From: the human T2T-CHM13v2.0 reference genome, Homo sapiens
Strand: one strand, 5' to 3'
Length of the DNA stretch: 64,000 bases
Assembly: GCF_009914755.1 (NCBI RefSeq)
Contig: NC_060929.1
Shown here: piece by piece, positions 1-33,850 of the stretch
Layout: every line of letters begins with the position of its first letter
Numbering within the stretch: position 1 is the stretch's first letter
Translations under genes and position numbers: made by a program
The notes under the pieces: generated by a model
Databases searched by the model: none
Told to the model about the DNA's origin: nothing
What the model saw: only the letters and a program-made list of their open reading frames with translations

Positions 1-880
<880 letters not shown>

Positions 881-1194
881 GAGTCTGCATGGCCAAGACA
901 GTCTCTAGGGGGAGAGAGGAGTGAAGAAAATGTCTCAGGTCCTTTCCCGGCAGAGATCCCAGCTGAGTGTACCCCCCTCTGTCTGTGCCTGGGGCACACA
1001 CACATTGCCACTTTTAAGGTTTTACTGTGCAAGCCCCATCATCACAATCTGACTAGAAGCCCCCTAAGTTACTACTGTGCTTTCACTGACATGAGAATTG
1101 TGCATGATTCATCCTGTAGGGCAGCGTGGATGGGGAAGGACTGGCCCACTGCCAGGGGGTGGGGAGGGTCACTTCTACTCCCCTGACACCATGC

Positions 1195-1320
1195 CACACC
1201 TTAGCTCATTGATTCCTCACTGTCCCTATCAGGTAAGAGCTATGATTTTCCCCATTTTACAGATGAGGAAACTGAGGCTTAGGGACGTGGAAGCACCCAT
1301 TGGCATAAAAAGCATGGCAT
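1195..1320. mobile_element. MIR SINE fragment
   Basis: MIR core 'cccattttacagatgaggaaactgaggctt'. Confidence 0.75.
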
Positions 1321-2004
1321 AGTGGGCAGTGCAGACCCAGGATAAGGTCAGAAAAACCAAACTAACTGGCATGGGGGGGTTGGAGGCACTCCTAGACCCA
1401 CAAGGGATGCAGAAGCACCCCAGGCAGGGCCCAGAGGCGCCAGGTAGGACCCACAGCAGTGAGGCTGGCAAGGGTTTTCCCAGAGAGGGCAACCTGGGTG
1501 TTCTTGCCCCACCTCTCCTGGGGCTGCCGGTCCTGCCCCCAGGAACATGTTATCTGTGTCCTGGGGACAAAGCTGCAGATTCTCACCAGCTGAGGCCTTC
1601 CTGGCAGGTGGCGTCCAACCTTTGGACATGTAAACAGCCTTGGCCTGACCAGGGGTGGCCCAGCTTGGCCTTGGGGCCTGCAGACCTGTGCATGCCCAGG
1701 CAGGTGTGTGTGAATATGTTTAGGGCCATAAGGGTGTGTTTGGGTCTCCACACATCCACTTGGGATTGGATCTGGGGGCCAAGGACATCTCATTCATCTT
1801 GCTACCTCCCCATACCCTGGGGAATCCCCAGGTTACTTCCTAAAAGAGGACCAGGCTGGAACCAAGAAATCCCAGAAGAACCTGAGGACCAGAGAGGGGC
1901 TGACATGTGCCTAGGACCACACAGCAGACAGAGCCAGGTCCATAAATCGCTCTGCTGCAGACCCTGACCCTGCTGGTCCTACTGCCTCCCACCCACCACC
2001 TGCA

Positions 2005-2230
2005 GCTCCTCTTATCTCTGGGGCCCTGGAGCCTGCTGATTCCTGGGACAGGGCCCACCCTCCCTGGGGGGACCAGATGGACGGGACTGCAGGGCCTGCT
2101 CAGGCCTGATAAGGGACTTGGCTCAGGCCTTTATCAGTGGGACTTGGGGCTCCCGACAGGCATGTGTCCCCGTTTGGGAGAGGAAGCTGTGAAGAGAGGG
2201 TGCCCAGCCCCTGAGCAAAAGAGATAAAGG
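2005..2230. promoter_or_regulatory. Candidate GATA/TAL1 enhancer (cluster of four WGATAA sites)
   Basis: TTATCT 2012-2017, TGATAA 2107-2112, TTATCA 2131-2136, AGATAA 2222-2227; two sites are CTG-N8-WGATAA composites. Confidence 0.4.
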
Positions 2231-2879
2231 ACAGAGACTTTTTAAAATACTTTTCTTTTTGTTTTTTAATCTGTATTGCTTTCTCTGATTACAAAGGCAA
2301 TTCAGGCATGTTACAATTAATTAGAACATAACAAAAATAGACAGTATGGAAAGTGAAAGTGCCTGTAAATCTGCCTTCAGACATAATCCCCAGGCCTGGT
2401 TTGGGGTCATTTCTCCAGATTTCTTTCTACACATAAACATGGTCAATTAATTAATGAATTGGAATCATATAGAGCACAGTGTGGTGGCTCCTAGTGTGTC
2501 CCAGGTCCCAGTCATGTGGCTCCTCAGCTTCAAACCCAGACACATTACTTAATCTCTCTGAGCCTCAGTTTTCTCGTCTATAAAACCTCGCACGGATATT
2601 GTCGACAGTAAAGAAAATTACACATGCCGGGCACTTCATGGACCTACACCCAGCTCAGTGAGCTCTTGATAAATGGCAACGTCACCAGTGTCATCACACA
2701 ACCTGCCTTTATTTTTCACTTAACAACCTAATGTGTGTTTTTCTTTTAATTACAAAAAAAAAAACAAAAAAAAAAAACAAAAAAACAAGGACATCTTTCT
2801 ATATTAGTGCCTAGAGATGTAGTAAACTCCTTTTGACAAATTCAGAACTTTCCTTGTATGGGTGAATCATCATTTTTTA

Positions 2880-5410
<2,531 letters not shown>

Positions 5411-5619
5411 TTCTCCTTGTTCCAGCTGGAGACCCAAAGGCCCAGAGAAGGGAAGCAATGTGCCTAAGATCAAGCAATGAGTGAGTTTCCATGCAGAGGC
5501 CAGAACTCAGCTCAGCCTTTACCCATGCCTCCCCAAGCCCTTGCACAAAGCAGGGTGGGTTCTCCACAAAGAGTATCCCCAAATGATGCTCAAGACCTTG
5601 ATGATGATGAGGGTGACAG

Positions 5620-5850
5620 TGTTCGCTACTGGTATTAAATGCTTACCCTATGCTCGGCAGTGTTCTAAGTTCTTTGCCTGGATCCACTCACTTTAATCCA
5701 CACATATCCCAATGAAGGAGGTAAAATTACTATTCCCATTCTATAGATAAAGAAACTGAGGCACAGAGAGTTTAAGCATCTCGCCTAAAATCACACAGCC
5801 AAGAAGAAGCAGAGCTGAGACTCATACAGGGTAGTCAGGCTCCAGTGCTG
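5620..5850. mobile_element. MIR SINE
   Basis: 'ttaatccacac...cccattctatagataaagaaactgaggcacagagagtttaag'. Confidence 0.75.
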
Positions 5851-6059
5851 CAGAGTAAGGAAGAGTCTGTGAGTCCCTGCTGAGTAAGGAAAGTGACATG
5901 GCATGGTGGATGCAACCTGAATCAGATGCCAGGTGGCCAGGGAGTCTGTCCCCACCTTGCTGGGTAATGTGGTCAGTTCCCACCCTGGGACTCCCTTTAC
6001 CTACCAAAAGGGAAAAGAGGCAGTTTAGCAAGAGGCTCTTAGGATCCTTTGGCAATGTG

Positions 6060-8153
<2,094 letters not shown>

Positions 8154-8339
8154 TCAGTGTTACTGTTAATATTAAGAGCACAGGAGCCAGAGTTGACAGT
8201 CAGGTTCAAGTCCTAACTGCCACTCACTGGCTGTGTGTCTTTGAGCAAGCCTCAGAGCCTGTTTGCTCTTCTATAAAAAATGGGAACAACAGGATCCACC
8301 CCACAGGTTTATTGTGAAGATTAAATCAGTAGTGTAGAC

Positions 8340-9152
<813 letters not shown>

Positions 9153-9468
9153 AAATGAGTGCAAGGTTCTGGCTACACATGTGGAAGAAAGCACCCCTGA
9201 TCTTGGGCTCCCTAAAATGCATCAATCCCTTATTCCCTGGCTGTGTCTCCCCTCCTCTGCCTGCCCTGCTGGAGGAAGTTGCTAAACCGCAGGTGGCTGC
9301 ACAATGGCCACGATGGTGGCTGTTCAGTGACCCTGGACTAGACACTGGGATGCTCTGAGCTTCCTGTTTGTTCACCTGAAGGACCAGCATGATCAGCCAA
9401 GCAGATTTCTCAGCCACCTTGAACTGTCGACATGTGGAGAAAATGCGAACAATAAATCCTAAATCTGG

Positions 9469-13722
<4,254 letters not shown>

Positions 13723-14524
13723 TTTGGGGAGGTGAGATTCACTCTAGGCTGGTCAAGAAATAGTAGAGAAATAGTACATACATATAGAAAAAGCTTCACA
13801 TTGGGGTCACCTGGGCTGGGCTTCTAGCCCCTGCAAACTCTCTGTGAGGCAAGGCCTGCAGCCTCACAGCACCTCAGTTATCACATCTGTGAAATGGGTG
13901 GGTTGAACTCTTGCTTGACGGTGTTCTTGCTAGAAGTGGAAAATCTCTAGGCATCCAGGCCTCCTTTTCCTTTCTCTTCTTACCTGGAAGGCAGCAAGAG
14001 GTGGTGGGGAGAACACTAAACAGGGGAAAGGACTAAACTGGGAGCTGTGCAGCCTCATTCTGGCTCTGCCAACATCCTGGGTGACCTCAAGCAAGTTCCT
14101 CTTTCTCTCTGAGCCTTGGCTCCCAGGAATTTGAAACATGCACAGCCTGGTCGAGCTCAGAGCTGGCTTCTGCCTGCCCTTAAAATCTGATGGCTGGTCA
14201 GGGATTCAGTATTCATTGGATTCTCAGGGCCTCATGTGCTAGGCTGAAATGCCATCCCCATACCTCCTTGTTCCTTGTCAGAGGGCCAGACTGTACACTA
14301 TTCACTCAACAAATCTTTATTCAGTACCTCCTATTTCCAGGCCACAGGGCAGACTGGAGCCCAGAAGAGAGAAAAAACAGGTATTCTCAATTATCTATAT
14401 TCCATGCCACTTAATCAGGATTCCATAAATATTCACTTGGAGTTCAGAGCTAAGCTGTGGAAAAGAAAGGAGTCAAGTGTAGACTTTTTCCTAAGAGGAG
14501 CTTGAGACCTCAAGAAGAGAAGGC

Positions 14525-16987
<2,463 letters not shown>

Positions 16988-17279
16988 TAGGTTACCTCAG
17001 TGTCTGTTTGGGGGAGCTTCATTTAAACTGGGGATGGTCAGAGAAGGCCTCTCCAAAAAAGAGATGCTGTCCATGAGATGGAAAGGATGACTAGGAGTTC
17101 GCCTGGGGAAGACTGGGGAAGAGTGTGCTAGAGAGAGGGAATGGTGTGTGTAAAGCCCAAGGTGAGAAAGCCTGCCATGTGGCCAGGAGGGCCAGCAATG
17201 GGATCAACAGAGAAAGATGAGCTGGGACCTGAGAACCAGGAAGCCACATTAGGGACTTTTGTCTTTAAGAATAAGTTAA

Positions 17280-18525
<1,246 letters not shown>

Positions 18526-19479
18526 TACTTTCTTTTCTTAAAGAAGGCTCCTGAGCTTGTGTGAACTTTAGGCCTCACCAAACCAACACCTGTTAGCCCA
18601 GTAGCATTAACTATTTTAATTTGCCCAATGAAGGACTGAGAAGAGCGTGTTGCTAGCAGCCTTGCCTAGTCTGGAGCCAGTGCGTGAACACAACCAGAAG
18701 GTATCGGGAACCCTTTCTCTTCCCACTCCCACACTGAGCTCCATGAGCGCAGGAACTTCTTCTTGTCCTTTTCTAGGCACTCATCACAGCACCTGGCATA
18801 TGGCAGGCCTTCAGTCCAAAGATGGTAAGTGAATGAACTTGCGATGTACAAATGAAGGCTGCTGCTTGGTTTCTGGGAGTCGGGAGTTGGGGAACACACT
18901 TAAAGGCACTACGGCACATGAGTTGGCTGACCTGAGCTGTCTCAGGAGTTCCTGTATGGGGCTGACCCTAGACCAATGCCCCAGGGGCTGATGAGGGAGT
19001 GAGGGAGGGAGGACAAGATAAGACAGCCTTGGCTGATGAGCAGGAGAACGTGTGCTTCCCTCATCACTAAGCCACAGAATCACCTCTCAGAGATTTTTCT
19101 GGTAAGGGTTCCTGACCACATGTCAGTGGGACCTAAGCAAGGGTTTCCTCTATCCCCTGACCTTCAGCTGAACCTCAAATCCTGGTAGGCCACCCTTTGG
19201 TTCTCAGGGGTACAGGATGGACAGAGAGCAAAGCACTCAGCAAGTGAAGTGGGAGGAGACACAGTTTACACAACTTTCTGGGTGTCAGATTCCGGGATAT
19301 GTGTAACTTTAGGCAAATTGCTTTACCTTTCTGAACCTCGGCTTCCACATCTGTGAAATGGAGCAATAAAAGTTTCTGCTTCACAAGGTTGTGATGAGAA
19401 TTAAGTGGAAAGAGACCGGTAAAGCAGTTAGCAAAAGGCTTGGCACATAGTAAGTGCCTGATAAGTATTGATTATTAAG

Positions 19480-21472
<1,993 letters not shown>

Positions 21473-21859
21473 GCATTCCCCTTTGAGATGCATTTAGGAT
21501 CTTTCCAGATGACTTGTCCAAGGTCACACAGGAGTCAGATGGCCTTTCCACTACCCCACAACACAGATGCATAGTTACTCTGTGGGCTAATACAATTCAG
21601 AATTCAGAGCTCTGCCCATGGTCACCGGTGGAATCCACCAGCCATCTCCCTGACCTTGCTCTCCTCTGTTCTCCTCATCTCCAGGGTCCCATGATTCAGG
21701 GCGAGCTGGCTTCAGGATGTGGGCAAGAGGGGTTTTAGATGGAAGGGTCTTTCCTCCAGGACAGAATGTTAAGCCACGCCTGGACTTAATTGTTCCAAGA
21801 TGTCGTTAGAATTGGTGGACAATTTTTTTTTTAATGATTAGCAAAGGACAAGGCTTTTG

Positions 21860-21972
21860 GTGGTCATTAGTATTGTTTATCAAATATTCCAGTTCTCCAC
21901 ATTCTGGGTACATGGTAGGATGAACTTCCCTGTCTCTTCAGAGTTAAGTGTAGCTCTGTGATGTGCTTTGTC

Positions 21973-22003
<31 letters not shown>

Positions 22004-22245
22004 GAGGAAATAACATGTGTCACTTCCAGGTGGATGTTTTAAGAGCAACGTGCAATTTACTACATTTTCTCTTGGCTCCAGGAATGACAACTGGCAATGT
22101 TCAAGTTGGTGGCTGCTCTATCAACTTGGACCTGGAGTAAAGACAGCACAAAACAGAGCACACAACAGTCCCACAATGCGTGTTTGAAGCCACTCACTTG
22201 AGGGTTGTTACTGCAGCACAACCCAGCCCATCCTGACTGATACAG
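21860..22245. mobile_element. Old MLT1 (MLT1J-like) LTR
   Basis: 'tgtcacttccaggtgga...gttgttactgcagcacaacccagcccatcctgactgataca'. Confidence 0.6.
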
Positions 22246-22840
22246 GTTCATGTCTGGTTAGTCAAAGCTGCCATGAGCCTGGTGAAAACCTATCAAGGCC
22301 CATCCTTTTGTTAAACCTGAGTTTGGAGACTCCAAGCCCACTTCCCTGGTCTCTCAGATAAACCTGCTGCAGAGGAAAGAAAGATATTCCTTGGTGGCCC
22401 AATTGGAATGAAAAATTTCAGGATTGAGAAGGCAGGGGATTCTTAGTCCTGAAAAGGCATTCTATGTTAGACAAGTTAGAGGCTGAGTGAGTTATTTCCC
22501 AGCTGAACATCCTTGGGCTGGTGGAAGATTAAATGAAGTACACGCATCAAGTGCCTAGCATAGCACACTGTGAGCTCTGGACACAAAGATACTCACGGAA
22601 ACCTTGTCGTTAATTAGAAACCAATAATCCAACAGTAGAGGAACAGTTAACTAATTATGGTACGTTCATGTACTGCTACATAGCTAAAAGAAGGGGGAAG
22701 AAAGGAAGAAGGTGGGGCAATGTAATATGTAGGTTATGATAGACCATTGTTAAGTGAAAAGAGCAAGTTATCAAACAGGTTAGCTTTGGAAACAGACCCA
22801 GAATTGAGTCCCAGCTCTCCTAGCTGTGTGTCTTGGGCAA

Positions 22841-23860
<1,020 letters not shown>

Positions 23861-24033
23861 CCTGGGTTACATGACTTGTAAAGTCATGCCTCCAAGGGAA
23901 CACCACAGACAAATCCAGGTAAATAAAATTGTTTGGTGAGCAGCTCTCAACTTTTGAGTGCTTACAGCCCACTTTTCAGTACTTGCAGCCCACTTACTTT
24001 CATGATAGTAAACAAGTCAGCAATGATGAGCCC

Positions 24034-24545
24034 TGTGATAGCCAGCCCCCAAGATGGCCTCATGATCTTCACCTCCTGGTACTCACATACTTCTATGGTC
24101 CTTCCCCACAATGAGCAGGGCTGACCTGTGTTACCAACAGGATATTCAGGAACAATAGTGCGTAGCTTCTAAAGCTAGGCATAAAAGACAATGTGGCCTC
24201 CACCTTGTTCTCCCTGGCTCTGGAGGAAGCTCACCTCCATGATATAAGGACATTAAAGAAGTCCAACAGAAAGGTCCACGTGGTACAGAACTGAGGCCTG
24301 CTGCCAACAGTCATGTTGGTGCACCATCTTGGAAGCAGATCCTCCAGCCCTACTCGAGCCTTCAGATGACTGCAGACCTGGCTGACATCTTGGTTACAAC
24401 TTCGTGAGTGACCCTGTGCCAGTAGCACCTAGCTAAATCACTCCTGAAATCCAGATCCACTGAAACTGTGAGGTAATACATATGTATTGTTTTAAGCCAT
24501 TAAGTTTGGGGTATTTGCTACACAGCAATAGATAACTAATAACTA
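24034..24545 (+). mobile_element. MLT1F-like solo LTR
   Basis: 'tgtgatagccagcccccaagatggcctcatgatc...ttgttttaagccattaagtttggggtatttgctacacagcaatagataactaata'. Confidence 0.75.
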
Positions 24546-24894
24546 TATTATGACAGTACAAGGAAAAAAACTGCCTCGAATATATTTTTTTAAAAAATGA
24601 ATTATCACATGGTCTCCTTTGTCCCCTTTGGCACATGGGTTGGAAGAACTAACCCTTCCATACAAACCATCCTCTCATATGTACTCACCTGGACAATTTC
24701 TCACAGCTCTTGATAAACACACCACCTTTCTTCTGCATCAACTCCAGAATAGGCCTCCCATCTATCCTCTGACTTGTAGCAAGTGAATGCCTTTTTGTAC
24801 CATTCTGACAGTCCAATTCCAACAAAAAGCACTAGAACAATATATAGCCTGGATTGTAGCAAAAATAAATTTTATGTGCTAGTAAAAACTTGGC

Positions 24895-28220
<3,326 letters not shown>

Positions 28221-28659
28221 AGATATAGTAGCATAAAATGGGACCAGTTTTGGCCCAACACCATCGTGTGGTATTCTTGCTCAACCAGGAAAACAAACTC
28301 ACAGAACCAGCAGTGTCCACAGCTCTGGGCCAGAGAGGGTCAGCAGGTTCGGGGCACTTCTCCTCCAGGCTCTGACCCCAGGGAACTCCTGTGATTCAAA
28401 TAATAATAAGAGCTATAGAGGTGTCTATCAGGCCCCAAGCCCTGTGCCTTCTGTGCCTGGGAGACAGAGAGGTTGAGTTGCTAGGAAAGGTGGCCCGGCT
28501 AGTAAGCCTTCTGTTGACTGTGGCAAAGACAAGGGGCTACCTGCACGGTCATGAAGATCACCGTGAAAGAAGAGGGACAGCTGAAGACACTGGACAAGGT
28601 GGAGTTGGTGCAGCCCCTCAGAAAACACTTACATGAGGGGAGGCAGGACAGTGTAGTGC

Positions 28660-28862
28660 TGTGGCTCTCAATCTCAGACGATTTTGTCCCCAGTGGACTT
28701 CTGGAAATGTTTAGAGACATTTTGGTTTGCATATCTGGAGAGGGAGGTGCTATTGGCATCTACTGGGTAAACACGAGGGATGCTGCTAATTATGCTACAA
28801 TGCACAGGACAGCCACCCGCAACGCTGAATTATCTGGCCCAAAACGTCAATAGTGGTTGAGA
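28660..28862 (+). mobile_element. MER20 (hAT-Charlie MITE)
   Basis: 'gagacattttggtt...gtgctattggcatctactgggta...gatgctgctaa...aatgcacaggacagcc...aattatctggcccaaaacgtcaatag'. Confidence 0.85.
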
Positions 28863-29389
28863 GGGCATGGGGCCTCAGAATCCAACAGGGGCATCACCAA
28901 CAGGGCTTAATCTCCTGCTCCCCCTCTGTAAAACTGGGGTTACCAAATTTCTGCCTCACAGAGCTGACCTATTGCCTGTTAAGTGCTTTCTGCAGGCAGG
29001 CTCATAGTAATGCTCCACCATTGTTGCCATGTTCATTACCAAGGATGTGCACTCTGCAGAAGAGCACTGACCAGGTAGACCCAGAGAAGGGCCATGAGAG
29101 AAACTGATCCAACGCTTGAGAGGGCGGAAGATGCCAGAAGAGGCCGTGATTACCCATTCTGGCATTCAGCGCTTTCCCTGGTCTTGTTTCAGCCTACTTT
29201 GCTTGCCTGGCCTCCGGCTGCTCTGGGTGGTCTATTCAGTGGGCCAGCACACATGCAACTTCTTCCTGTGTCTACCGTCCCCACCTCACAAGAACCTCTT
29301 CCTCCAAGGAGCCGCCTTGACCAGCCCAACCCTTAAGAATCACATAGCCCTTATCACAAATGGATCGACAGGGTGGCTACAGAGATGCT

Positions 29390-29990
29390 AGACACAATCA
29401 TATCCATAAAGACTCTGAAAAACAGACATACATTCTCAATTATACACACAGACACACACATGCAACCTCAAGATGCCCTGTAGCCCTGGTCACAGACTGA
29501 TCACAAATGTATTACCATACACATGCACACACACAAATATCCAAGCATAACACGATCTCAGACAGGAGTCCCGTATACACATACACATTTATACAATACT
29601 GGCACACACAAAAAACCCCCACACATACCCCCCAAGGATATGCTGTCACATTCACAAACTCATAAATTCACATAAATATGCATATTTAAAACAAACTCAG
29701 GAAAGCCCATAGGTCTTATACAGTTAACACCTAGGCATATAAAGATACACACCTGTCCATATACACAGAAATGTATTCTTGGCACACGACCTCATATACA
29801 GCTATTAATGTGCTTACATACATAAGGCATACATATATACACATTATTCAATGACACATACACTCCTATATATTCACCCAAACACACATATGTAACAGAC
29901 ATACAAAAAGACATTTTAAAAAATTCCATTTGTCCTCTTCTATACACACAGATGTACTCCCATAGTACATTTTATTCATTCATCATTTAT
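29390..29990. repeat. Degenerate CA/CATA-rich low-complexity tract
   Basis: Repeated acacac/catacac/atatacac motifs over ~600 bp. Confidence 0.75.
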
Positions 29991-30106
29991 ATTACAAAAC
30001 ATTGCTAAGGAAACTTCCTTGGTGTGACTTCCAAATTCAACCTTGTGTTATAGCTACTTGTGTAGACTAGCAAAAATGCATCGAGTAGGCTCATTTCTCC
30101 CTTTAA

Positions 30107-31310
<1,204 letters not shown>

Positions 31311-32096
31311 ATTTATTTGGCTCACACAGTGTTGTGTTTGTTTGTTCTGAAGTTTTAACTATTAATAGTTGCCAATACTTAAACATCACTCATTTCTTGG
31401 AAAATCAGATTCCCAACTCAAAAAATTAGAATATATGTCAACGTATTTCCCATGATAACACTAGCCTATTTCTGAGTGGGGATACCTTTGTGTAGTCAGG
31501 GCATTGCACCCTCCCTACCTGCTCGCCCTCTAGTTTGCCACAGTCTCCGCTACTCCCTACTGTTTCACCTAGGCCACTGAACTTCCTTTGTGTTTCCTGC
31601 CAGGCCTCATATGGAATGATTCCTAGTCTAGTCCACCCCATTCATATTTTACATGGGGATTAGGAAGTGAGGGTAGGGCATTTCCCAAAGTCACATGTGG
31701 CCTTAAAGCTGAAGGGGAACCCCGCTTTTCCTCACCCACTAATCTTTTCTACCAAACCATTCTGACTCCTTTGGTATGCAGGCTAACATAGGGAATTCTT
31801 TTGTGAAAAGTGTGTTCCAGAAAATTATCTGGGGATCAGAGTAGACCTCAAATGGGAGATGATTTGGAGCATACAGCACCTCGTCTTTGGAGTTGATGGT
31901 AGCTTCTCACAGTCTTTCCCTTGGAGTGGAAATAGATGACAAAACTAGGGTGGATAGATGAATGGAACAGTTGGCCAATCTGGTATATTTGGTTATAAGA
32001 AGTTGTTTTCGGGTCATTGGAAACCTGGCTTATGAGACACTGTTGCATAAGGGCTACAAAGGCAATATGCCACTTTGCTTGGATTATTCTCTAGTC

Positions 32097-32560
32097 TAGT
32101 GCTTCTCAGCTCCTAATGTGTACATGATTCCTGTAAAGTGTAGATTCTGACGTGGCACGATGGCTCACACCTGTAATCCCAGCACTTTGGGAGGCCAAGG
32201 CAGGAGAATTGCTTGAGCCCAGGAAATTTGAGACCAGCCTGGGCAACATGGTGAGATCCCTGTCTCTACAAAAAAATTAAAAATTAGTTGGGCGTGGTGG
32301 CCTGTGCCAGCTACTTGGGAGGCTTAGGCAGGAGGATCCCTTGAACTCAGGAGGTGGGGACTATAGTAAGCTGTGTTTGTGCCCCTATACTCTAGCCTGG
32401 GCAACACAGTGAGACCCTTTCACACACACACACAAAAAAATTGTAGATTCTGATTCAGTAGGGCTGGATGGAACGAACCCAAGATCCTGCATTTCTGACA
32501 AACTTCCAGGTGATGCCAGTGTTGCAGGCCCCTAGACCCTCCTGCCTTTGAGTAGCAAGG
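32097..32560. mobile_element. MER5A/B interrupted by an Alu (~32150-32440)
   Basis: 'agattctgattcagtaggg...ctgcatttctgacaaacttccaggtgatgc'; TSD tgtagattctga. Confidence 0.75.
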
Positions 32561-32951
32561 GTGTGCACTCCTTGCGCTTCCGGTCTATTCATGGGTACCA
32601 TTGCTGCATGACGGCCAAGAGAAGGGGTTTGAAGTCCCACAGTGGACTTCACAGTGGATCCCAGCCTACCCCTTAACAGTCAGCTAACCTTAGGCCAGCT
32701 GCTCATCCTCTCTGTGCCTCCATTTTTTCATCTGTTCCATTGAAATCAAATAATACTTCCTTAGGAGCATAAAAAAGGCAGAATGAATGTATGACCCCAG
32801 CACAGTCTGTGCCTCATGGCAGGCCCTCTGTAAAGATAGTTTCTACCATTGTGCACTCTCTCATGGGCAGTGAAACCCAGAAATGACGTGGTTAGGGAGT
32901 GGGATATGGAAGGGATATGGAAGGTATTTCAGGATAAGAATTGTACCCCTT

Positions 32952-33260
<309 letters not shown>

Positions 33261-33765
33261 TTAATGTGGCCTTCTGAGCCATGCAGGGTGGTCACTGCCC
33301 AGCCTACCCCTTAATGCTCTCCTACCTCTGTCCATGCTTCCACCACAACGGCCACCTATTAGGTCCTTCGGCCATGGTACCTTCTCCCCTCAGAGGCCTT
33401 GCACATGCTGTTCCTCATATTCCAAGCTGGCTGGCCCCTTCTTATCCTTCAGTCTCAGCTCCTATGTTACTTCCTTGGGGTGCCTTCCCTGATCTCAGAA
33501 GTCTAAGGGTTTAGCGTAGAAAGTGGGGAGCAGGGAACATCTCTTTGGGCTGCATGTACATAGGGAAGTCACCGTATCTACTTAGATTCTAAGTTTATTT
33601 AAAGCAGCTTTGGATAGGGGTGAACTAAACGCTGCCTCTGCTAGTCTATACGATGCCTTTGTGCAGATTAGAAAAAGGGGTCGGGCACAGTGGCTCGCAC
33701 CTGTAATTCCAACACTTTGGGAGGCCAAGGTGGGAGAAACACTTGAGGCCGGGAGTTTGAGATCA

Positions 33766-33850
33766 GGCTGGGCAACATAGCGAGACCTCAACTCTACAAT
33801 TTTTTTTTTTTTAATTTTAGAGACGGGGTCTTGCTCTGTTGCCAGGCTTT
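33766..33850 (+). ncRNA. MIR1303: MIR1303 precursor (Alu-derived hairpin); mature miR-1303 TTTAGAGACGGGGTCTTGCTCT at 33816-33837
   Basis: Matches recalled hsa-mir-1303 stem-loop GGCTGGGCAACATAGCGAGACCTCAACTCTAC...GCCAGGCTTT; arms are an Alu left-monomer end and an inverted Alu piece. Confidence 0.9.

Noticed and set aside
1329-1967. 212-aa ORF in unique sequence
   Set aside because: Non-ATG start, no recognisable homology or splice pattern; likely chance in GC-rich DNA
28551-28853. Protein-like ORF MKITVKEEGQLKTLDKVELVQPLRKHL
   Set aside because: Two-thirds of it lies in MER20; no homologue recognised
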